Part shown: piece after piece, positions 57,368 to 64,000 of the stretch
How positions within the stretch are numbered: position 1 is the stretch's first letter
How the letters are laid out: each line of letters opens with the position of its first letter
Assembly: GCA_963714085.1 (NCBI GenBank)
Contig: OY970229.1
Span: 416,001-480,000, forward strand
Length of the DNA stretch: 64,000 nucleotides
Reading direction: 5' to 3'
Source of the DNA: an uncultured Candidatus Micrarchaeota archaeon
Lineage (GTDB): Archaea; Micrarchaeota; Micrarchaeia; Anstonellales; Bilamarchaeaceae
Made by a program: the position numbers and the translations under genes
Notes under the pieces: model-generated
What the model was told of the DNA's origin: nothing
The model's database searches: none
What the model saw: only the letters and a program-made list of their open reading frames with translations

Positions 57368-58168
57368 CTATTTGAGGACTTCCAGGTAGCCCTCGCCGAC
57401 CAGCCTGTTGAGCATCTGCTCGACCCTGGCCTCCGGGATCTTGTACACCTTGGTGAACTCGATCACGTTTATCTCGCCGTTGTGCTCCATGACCCACTCT
57501 TGGAGCTTGGCCTTGAGCGCGTCGTCCGACAGGACCTCGAGCGCCTGGACCCGCAGCTGCATCTCGTCGTTCGAGGCCTTGAGCTCGTAGTTCTTCGTGG
57601 TCAGCGCCTCGGACTGGTCCTGGAGACGCTCGACCTTCTTGCGCAGGTCGTCGGCGTCCTTCTTCATGGAATCGTAGGCGGTGTAGAGCTTGGAGTAGTC
57701 CATGGTCACGGACTCGAGCAGGTCCTTAACCGCGGCCTCGATGAGCTGGTAGAGCACCTTGTTTTCTATCGGGTATGACGACTCGACCAGGGTGAGGATG
57801 TTGAGCAGGTAGCGAATGACGTCGAGCTTCCTCTTCCTGGGCGCGATCTCGGATGGTATGGAATACAAGACCTCCAGCTCGTCCTTCTTCAGCTTGAGTA
57901 TGGAGAACAGGTAGGGGTTCTTGTTTATGTCCCTGGACTCCACGTAGACCACGTTGACCGCGTCCTTCTCAGGAGCGACCTCCAGGAACGAGATGGTGCG
58001 CAGCGTGTCCGATATGTCCTTCGCCGTGCCGATCATCTTCGCCTTTATCTTGAATCCGTCGACCTTCGGCGTGAGCGATGCCGCGCCGGCGGCCGGCTGC
58101 GCTGCGGCTGGTGCGGGTTTCGCGGCGCTACTGGCCGCTGCCGCCGGTTTCTGCTGTGGTGGCGCCAT
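57368..58168 (-). CDS. Coiled-coil protein with C-terminal (broken) winged helix (operon gene 4)
   Basis: Heptads MKKDADDLRKKVERLQDQ; C-terminal LQEWVMEHNGEINVIEFTKVYKIPEARVEQMLNRLVGEGYLEVLK. Confidence 0.82.
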   Translation of the reverse strand: MAPPQQKPAAAASSAAKPAPAAAQPAAGAASLTPKVDGFKIKAKMIGTAKDISDTLRTISFLEVAPEKDAVNVVYVESRDINKNPYLFSILKLKKDELEVLYSIPSEIAPRKRKLDVIRYLLNILTLVESSYPIENKVLYQLIEAAVKDLLESVTMDYSKLYTAYDSMKKDADDLRKKVERLQDQSEALTTKNYELKASNDEMQLRVQALEVLSDDALKAKLQEWVMEHNGEINVIEFTKVYKIPEARVEQMLNRLVGEGYLEVLK

Positions 58169-58175
58169 GTATCAT

Positions 58176-58646
58176 CTACCCCTTCTTCCCGGACGGCTTC
58201 CTCGCCCCGGGTGCTGGCTTCCCCTTGCTCTCGATCTCCTCTAGCGCCTCGGGGAGCTTGGGCTTCCCTGCCTTGGGCCCCTCGCCGGGCCCCTTGTCCA
58301 GGGCGGGCGCGTACTTGAACACTATCGCGAAAAGCAGTATGAAGAGGCCTATGAGTATGGCCGAGATGAACGCGAATATGTCGAAGCGGCCGGACATGAT
58401 GATGGTGAGCACCAGGAGTATGACGACCACGGCCGCCAGGACTCCGAAGAGCACGAGCGAGCGCTCGAACTCCTTCCTCCGCTTGTCGTGGACCGGTATG
58501 TCGTCCTCGCACACGTAGAGCTCGTTGTTCTGCGCGATGTTGAAGGCGGACTTGACCTTCCTGATGGAGCGGATGATGGCGTCATCCTTGACCGGTACCG
58601 CGCTCTTGCCCTCCACGTCCTTCTGGCACACTATGCAGATCCGCAT
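58176..58646 (-). CDS. Small membrane protein with N-terminal Cys motif and two TMs (operon gene 3)
   Basis: CIVC...LYVC, two hydrophobic helices, basic tail. Confidence 0.8.
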   Translation of the reverse strand: MRICIVCQKDVEGKSAVPVKDDAIIRSIRKVKSAFNIAQNNELYVCEDDIPVHDKRRKEFERSLVLFGVLAAVVVILLVLTIIMSGRFDIFAFISAILIGLFILLFAIVFKYAPALDKGPGEGPKAGKPKLPEALEEIESKGKPAPGARKPSGKKG

Positions 58647-58650
58647 GGCA

Positions 58651-60243
58651 TCAACCCTCGAGGACGACCTGGGTTATCTCCTTGGCGCCGCCTTCCGTCT
58701 TCCTCATGTCCACCTTGCCGAACACGTTGATGATCGTGATGTCGTCCAGGCCCGTGTCTTTGAGGAAGTCGCCGATGTTCCTCCTCGCCACGCCGAACCG
58801 CTCGAGCGTTATCACCAGCGACACGACGTCCAGGTGCCGGTTCTTCTTCTCGAACATCTTGGTGAGCTCCTCCACCTTGTCGTCCCCGAGCCCGAACTGC
58901 CTCATCTTGCGCCTGAAATCCTCCTTGATGAATGAAACGCTTTTGGCCATGTTGACATCCCTCTTCTGCTTGACGCTCATCACTTCGTCCAGGTCGAGGA
59001 AGAATTCCTTCGCCGGCTCCTCTCCGATTATCTTCTCCAGCAGGAACGTGGATGGGTATGGGGTCGGGGTGGTCAGGGCCATGTTCACGGCCGCCTCGCC
59101 GACACCCAGCCTTGATATCTCCTCGCGCATGTAGTTGGAGAAGTTCAGCGAGCCCTGGAGGTAGTCCAGGAACTTCTCGAACTTCACCTTGAGCATGAAC
59201 GTGGTGCCGACGTTGGAGAATATGGCCTCGGATATGTCCGTCGGGTTCTGGGAGGCGACGATCATGCCGAAGTTGTACTTGCGTCCCTCACGCACTATCA
59301 TGACCAGGTCCGAGTTCTCGTCCTTCGCGATCTTCCACGCCTCGTCCACCACCAGTATGAGCCGCAGCCCCTTCTCGCTGGACCAGCCGGAGAGCCGCAT
59401 CTTCTCCTTGGCGAACTGCATGAGCGTGAGCGCGGCCATGGCCCTGAAGGTCTCGTCCGGCAGGCCAGAGAGGTCCAGGTCCACCAGCCCGGACGTGATA
59501 AGGTCCTCCAGCTTCACAGTGGACTGCTGGGCGAAGAAATCCTCGCCCGACTTCGTGTACTGCTTGAGCCTGTAGATGGCGTTCTCCAGCTCGGCCGGGA
59601 ATTCGTAGGTGCCCAGCGATGCCTGCTCCTCGAGCAGACGCACGACGTCCTTGAGCGTCGGGGCGGTGAGCGACTTGCCCAGCTCGTCCTTCTGCTCCCT
59701 CGCGTCCATGCGGTACTTGGCCTCCACGTAGGCCTTCTCCATGGCCTGCTCCGTGAGCCGCTTCTGCTCCGGGTAGTTCGCGATGTCCGTGAGCATCTCC
59801 AGTGTGCGCATTATCTGCTTGAGCCTGTCGTAAGGCTTCATGCCGCCCAGGTCCAGTATGTTGAGGTAGGAGCCCTTGCCGAGGGATATCACCTTGCCCC
59901 CGGTGTCCTTGACCCAGGGCTTGTATTCCCCGGCCCAGTCGAATATGAGCGCGTTCGCGTTCCACACGAACGCCGCGCGCAGCAGGAAGGTCTTGATGAA
60001 GTAGGACTTCCCAGAACCGGATATGCCCACAACGGCTATGTGCGGGTTGGGCACGTTCTGGTAGTTCCAGTAGAACGGCGCGTGGAATATCTTGGTCTTG
60101 CCGATGAAGATGGAGTTCGCCGGGTCGTCGCACAGGACGGAGAGCGGCGGCTCTGGGGGGTAGACCAGCAGGTTCCTCCTGCTGAGCTCCCGGTTCGAGA
60201 CCTTGAGAACCTCCAGCTTTCCGCTCAGGACCATTGTAAGCAC
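58651..60243 (-). CDS. VirB4/HerA/CedB-like P-loop ATPase (operon gene 2)
   Basis: NPHIAVVGISGSGKS, IFDWAGEY, LVVDEAWK, REGRKYNFGMIVASQNPTD; start GTG 60243 or ATG 60234. Confidence 0.9.
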   Translation of the reverse strand: MLTMVLSGKLEVLKVSNRELSRRNLLVYPPEPPLSVLCDDPANSIFIGKTKIFHAPFYWNYQNVPNPHIAVVGISGSGKSYFIKTFLLRAAFVWNANALIFDWAGEYKPWVKDTGGKVISLGKGSYLNILDLGGMKPYDRLKQIMRTLEMLTDIANYPEQKRLTEQAMEKAYVEAKYRMDAREQKDELGKSLTAPTLKDVVRLLEEQASLGTYEFPAELENAIYRLKQYTKSGEDFFAQQSTVKLEDLITSGLVDLDLSGLPDETFRAMAALTLMQFAKEKMRLSGWSSEKGLRLILVVDEAWKIAKDENSDLVMIVREGRKYNFGMIVASQNPTDISEAIFSNVGTTFMLKVKFEKFLDYLQGSLNFSNYMREEISRLGVGEAAVNMALTTPTPYPSTFLLEKIIGEEPAKEFFLDLDEVMSVKQKRDVNMAKSVSFIKEDFRRKMRQFGLGDDKVEELTKMFEKKNRHLDVVSLVITLERFGVARRNIGDFLKDTGLDDITIINVFGKVDMRKTEGGAKEITQVVLEG

Positions 60244-60251
60244 CTATGCGA

Positions 60252-61067
60252 CTAGATGGTCGCCTCCTCGAGATCCTGCGGAGTGACCGGGAAGAACCTC
60301 TCCCATTCGAAGCATTTGAGCATCTCCTCGCCTTTTAGCCACTTGACCTCCACGTTCAGGGCGTTGGAGAGCACGGTCATGAGCTCGTTCGCCTGCGCCT
60401 TGGCGGATGCGGTGGCGCCCTCCTTGCTCAGGGCGGCCGCCGTGGTCATGGCATAGGCGATCACACCCATGGGCTTCACGCCCTTGATGAGCTTGTTCAG
60501 CTGGAGGTCCCAGTGGGCGACCTCGCGCTCGTACTTGTCTATCTTGAGCACATCGGCGTCGGACTTGTCCCTCTCGCGGGCAAGGCGCAGCTGGGCCTCC
60601 GCCCGCTTGGTCTCTATCTGCTTCCTCTTCTCGCCGATGTCCTCCACGTAGAGCATGTACGCGATCTTGGTGACGTATTTCAGGTTGGACACCGCGCGCT
60701 CGAAGAACTCGTTGTAGGCGATGTTCTCCTCGGTCGCCTTCTCGGTGGCGGACTCGAATATCTTGATGCCGAGGAAGACGCTCGCGTAGTACACGCCGTT
60801 CTCCATCTGCTTCACTATGACGTCCTCGCCTGCGGGGATCTCGTAGCCCCCGTCCATCTTCATGATTATCCTGGTGCGCTCCGTGATGATCGGGATGAGC
60901 AGGTAGCCGTATTTCCAGAAGATGAATGTGCCGAAGGCGCCCAGTGCGCAGAGTAGGGCACCTATTATCGTCGCGCCGCTCGAGCCCTGGCCGAACATGA
61001 AAACGAAGACCAGGCCTATCACCGCGGCGCCTAGCGAGCCGTATATGAACATCTTTCCTTCTGCCAT
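60252..61067 (-). CDS. Two-TM protein with coiled coil, resembling a detached VirB4 N-terminal/TraC-like domain (operon gene 1)
   Basis: Two N-terminal TMs, alpha/beta region with helical hairpin, directly upstream of the ATPase. Confidence 0.72.
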   Translation of the reverse strand: MAEGKMFIYGSLGAAVIGLVFVFMFGQGSSGATIIGALLCALGAFGTFIFWKYGYLLIPIITERTRIIMKMDGGYEIPAGEDVIVKQMENGVYYASVFLGIKIFESATEKATEENIAYNEFFERAVSNLKYVTKIAYMLYVEDIGEKRKQIETKRAEAQLRLARERDKSDADVLKIDKYEREVAHWDLQLNKLIKGVKPMGVIAYAMTTAAALSKEGATASAKAQANELMTVLSNALNVEVKWLKGEEMLKCFEWERFFPVTPQDLEEATI

Positions 61068-61168
61068 ATGGATACCTCGCGTGGTACGTGCTGATTCTGA
61101 TGGACTTAATGGGACTATATTTAAAAAGAGTATCGGCAGCGGCGTACCCTACGTGCCATGCCAGCACG

Positions 61169-61202
61169 TTTATAAACTCTTTGCCACTAATTATAACATA
61201 TG
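61169..61202 (+). promoter_or_regulatory. Duplicated promoter (TTTATAAA box) of paralog A
   Basis: 34 bp matching 62321..62354 with 1 mismatch, ending at the ATG. Confidence 0.75.
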
Positions 61203-62276
61203 CTCGTCAAGTATGCGCCCCCAGCCCAGGGCAGCCGCAGCAGCATGCGCACGTGCGAAACCTTTGAGGCACGCATAAGGATGGTTCAGGACCCTTCCTC
61301 GCCTTACAACGGCATGGTGGAGCGGCTGCAGCCGGTCGCCAAGGGCTCCGGAGACCTGGACTTCGAGATAAGGGTTGCACGATTGTACCATCTGGCCGGC
61401 CCGTCCAGCTCCTTTTGCCACGTCGCCAGGTTCCTGGCGCTGAGGGCCGCGAATGCCCTGTTCCCGGGCAACATCGTGGACGCCCGCGAGCTGCGCATGT
61501 TCAGGGAAAGCGGCGTGCTCCATGCCGCCACATACTCGCCTTTCGTGAGCGATGACAACGGCGTGATTGAGAGGCGCGGGGCTGCGATGCGCGAATTTTA
61601 TGCCACGGAGTTCAGCGACTCTATGGCAAAGCTGAGATTCGTCGAAGCAAAGGACACGATCGAACGCGAACTGAATCCTGAGCTGAGATTCCTTCCGCGC
61701 AGAATGAAGGATGCCGGGATAGAACCCAGCCATCCGGAAATGAATTATCATCTCTCCAAAGGGGCGACGGTGTTCTTCGAGATAGACGGCATTGACCTGG
61801 GAAAGGCCGCCACTGCGGCGCTGGATGCTGATGCGGATGACCAGAATGGCAAGCCTGCGATGGAGGCCGTTGCGGCGATATACGCATTGCTCGTGCACCT
61901 GGAGGCGAGGCAACGGATAAGGACGCAAGCATGGTACGGCCAGACGGAGACTGAACGCGATGCAATGAGAGAACGGTACGAGACTACGGCGGATACTCCA
62001 CCGTCGAGGATATATGAGCTCGTTTTCAATCTGGTGTCCGACACTGGCAACAGCTCGGCAATCAAACTACCTGAGACGTTCATCAGGCTGGGGCTTCTCC
62101 AGCTCGCCGCGGGCACTGAGGGCGCCTTGTTACAGATAAACCAGGGCGAGAGAATGGCGGATTGGGGAACCCCGGCGCCATTCCCCGTCGACCCGGCCGT
62201 CATCGCGGCCATGGATGACGAAAAATACGAAATCAGGAAAGAAAAGCGCGAGCCGCTTTATCCTAGCGGGCTCTAG
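61200..62276 (+). CDS. Hypothetical protein, tandem paralog A (possible divergent kinase-like fold)
   Basis: Shares RFLALRAA.ALFP.NIVD.RELRM, FVSDDNGVI and AGI..SHPE.NYHLS.G.TVFFEID with 62352..63341. Confidence 0.78.
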   Translation: MLVKYAPPAQGSRSSMRTCETFEARIRMVQDPSSPYNGMVERLQPVAKGSGDLDFEIRVARLYHLAGPSSSFCHVARFLALRAANALFPGNIVDARELRMFRESGVLHAATYSPFVSDDNGVIERRGAAMREFYATEFSDSMAKLRFVEAKDTIERELNPELRFLPRRMKDAGIEPSHPEMNYHLSKGATVFFEIDGIDLGKAATAALDADADDQNGKPAMEAVAAIYALLVHLEARQRIRTQAWYGQTETERDAMRERYETTADTPPSRIYELVFNLVSDTGNSSAIKLPETFIRLGLLQLAAGTEGALLQINQGERMADWGTPAPFPVDPAVIAAMDDEKYEIRKEKREPLYPSGL

Positions 62277-62320
62277 CCCCTCGCCGTTTTCTCAACGCTG
62301 TTCTACGGCATCCCGGCTTA

Positions 62321-62354
62321 TTTATAAACTCTTTGCCATTAATTATAACATATG
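62321..62354 (+). promoter_or_regulatory. Duplicated promoter of paralog B
   Basis: Near-identical to 61169..61202. Confidence 0.75.
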
Positions 62355-63341
62355 ATTATAAAGTATGCCGGCCCGGTCAGGGGCGGGCGCGAGCTCATGT
62401 GCAAAACCGATGAGGCGCAGGTGAGCAGGATACGCGGCTCGTCCGCGCGCTACGAAGGCATGGTGGAGCGCCTGCAGACAAACGCAACCGTGGGCAGAGA
62501 CCATTCTTTCGCGATAAAAGGCACTAACGGCGATTACCACGGCAACCCCAGGAGCTACGAATACCGGGTCAGCGCTGAGAGTTGCATCTACCACTTCGGC
62601 AGGTTCCTTGCGCTAAGAGCCGCCAGGGCCCTGTTCCCGGACAACATCGTGGATGTCAGGGAGCTGCGCATGCGCAGGGAAAACGGCGTGCTCTATTCCG
62701 CCACGTACTCGGATTTCGTGAGCGACGACAATGGCGTGATTAAAAGGCGCGCCGATACGATGCGCGAATTCTATGCCAGGACGTTCGCGAGCGAGGATGC
62801 CCGGAGGCGGTTCGTTGCGGCAGCGGACAGGGCGGAACGCAGATTGAATCCGGACCTGGAGCCGCTTTCAAGCAGGATCAAGGAGGCTGGGATAGGGCTC
62901 AGCCATCCGGAACAGAATTACCATCTGTCCGATGGAACAACGGTGTTTTTCGAGATAGATGATATCGACCCCAAAAAGGTCGCCACTGCGGCGCTGGAAG
63001 CGGGCGCCAAGCAGGCGATAAAGGCCGTTGCGAATATGTACGCACTGACTGTGAAGCATATTGCGGTATTGGAGATGTTCAAGGATAATAGCAATAGATT
63101 GTTCCGGAATGTGGCGGATACGGCCTTGCCTTATACGTACGGCTACGTTCTGGAGATTCTGTCCAATCCCGAACTCGATAAATACGATTGGATAGCCCAT
63201 CCGATGGAATTCATAACCGGGGACGTAGTCGCGATTATGAGGAATCTGGGGGTGCCTCCGGCTCGGCCCCTGGTCGGGCTGGGCATTGACCGCATCTTGT
63301 ATGACGAATGTTACGAAATTGCGAAAAAGGACAAGCCCTAG
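62352..63341 (+). CDS. Hypothetical protein, tandem paralog B
   Basis: Paralog of 61200..62276 with divergent C-terminus. Confidence 0.78.
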   Translation: MIIKYAGPVRGGRELMCKTDEAQVSRIRGSSARYEGMVERLQTNATVGRDHSFAIKGTNGDYHGNPRSYEYRVSAESCIYHFGRFLALRAARALFPDNIVDVRELRMRRENGVLYSATYSDFVSDDNGVIKRRADTMREFYARTFASEDARRRFVAAADRAERRLNPDLEPLSSRIKEAGIGLSHPEQNYHLSDGTTVFFEIDDIDPKKVATAALEAGAKQAIKAVANMYALTVKHIAVLEMFKDNSNRLFRNVADTALPYTYGYVLEILSNPELDKYDWIAHPMEFITGDVVAIMRNLGVPPARPLVGLGIDRILYDECYEIAKKDKP

Positions 63342-64000
63342 TCCTTCACCGCTTCCTCCACGATCTTCTCCGCGCATCCTATGTATGTGTACGGGTCGAA
63401 GATGACGTCCAGCTCCTTCTGCGGCAATAGCTTCTTCTCGGCAGCGAGCGCTTTGAGCTCCTTGTTCTCGGAAAAAGCTTTCTGCGCGAGCGTGCGCACC
63501 AGCTCGTGCGCCTCCTGCCTGCCCATGCCTTTCTCCGTGAGCGCTATCATCAGCCGCTCGGCCATCACGAGGCCGTGCGTCAGGTTCAGGTTCTTCTCGA
63601 TGTTTTCAGGGAAGATCTCCAATCCCTGGAGTATCTTCGTCATCTCGAGCGTCATGTAATCCACGGCGATGAACGACTCCGCGAAGATGGCGCGTTCGTT
63701 CGCGCTGTTCGTTAGGTCGCGCTCGTGCTCGAGGGGGATGTTCTCCAGCGCGGTGAGCACGTTCGCGCGCACCAGCCTGGCGAGCGAGCATACGCGCTCG
63801 GACTTGTGCGGGTTGCGCTTGTGCGGCATGGTGGAGGAGCCCACCTGCTTCTTGGCGAACGGCTCGCTTAGCTCCGATATCTCGGTCCTCTGGAGGTTCC
63901 GCACCTCTTTGGCTATCTTCTCGAGGAGCGCGGCGGTGAGCGCGAGGCAGCAGAGCACCTCCGCGTGGCGGTCCCTCTGTATCACCTGGTTGGAGGCCCT
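63338..64000 (-). CDS. purB: Adenylosuccinate lyase, partial (5' end beyond window)
   Basis: QVGSSTMPHKRNP signature, HERDLTNS, RQEAHE. Confidence 0.95.
   Translation of the reverse strand, partial: RASNQVIQRDRHAEVLCCLALTAALLEKIAKEVRNLQRTEISELSEPFAKKQVGSSTMPHKRNPHKSERVCSLARLVRANVLTALENIPLEHERDLTNSANERAIFAESFIAVDYMTLEMTKILQGLEIFPENIEKNLNLTHGLVMAERLMIALTEKGMGRQEAHELVRTLAQKAFSENKELKALAAEKKLLPQKELDVIFDPYTYIGCAEKIVEEAVKD

Noticed and set aside
58651..60243. DNA-repair HerA or a conjugative mobile element
   Set aside because: No HAS-barrel-sized N-terminus, no nurA/mre11/rad50, relaxase or att sites; neighbours are membrane proteins.
1..64000. Numerous overlapping antisense and alternate-frame ORFs; transposases, phage genes, rRNA
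   Set aside because: The shadow ORFs are expected at high GC and lack motifs; no recognisable transposase, viral hallmark or rRNA sequence was seen.

Overview
GC-rich archaeal chromosomal window; gene content and orphan style fit a DPANN archaeon, probably Micrarchaeota (inference, no rRNA present). Housekeeping genes: cgi121, rps8e, metG, truD, trm1, dnaG, a MiaB/MtaB-type methylthiotransferase, sppA, carS, pcm, a KH protein, top6B/A, tRNA-Ser(GCT), aIF2-gamma, rps6e, pdaD, tfe and partial purB. Between them lie many cell-surface and interaction genes: two tandem giant beta-helix adhesin-like proteins with a visible duplication scar, a five-gene class III signal peptide pilin cluster, a secreted protein with a lytic transglycosylase (SLT/GH23-like) domain next to a 1606-aa membrane protein, and a five-gene membrane operon built around a VirB4/HerA-type ATPase, one member of which ends in a CdvB-like broken winged helix. 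Effector-like orphans include a clan CD protease, two kinase-fold-like paralogs and a degenerate GGDEF protein. Together these suggest an undescribed host-contact/secretion apparatus (inference). Also present: an unannotated structured RNA locus with two tandem covarying hairpin units (20979-21285), a frameshift in the methylthiotransferase TRAM domain, and a TFE with a Lys-rich N-terminal tail. All family calls come from motif recognition by eye; no searches were run.
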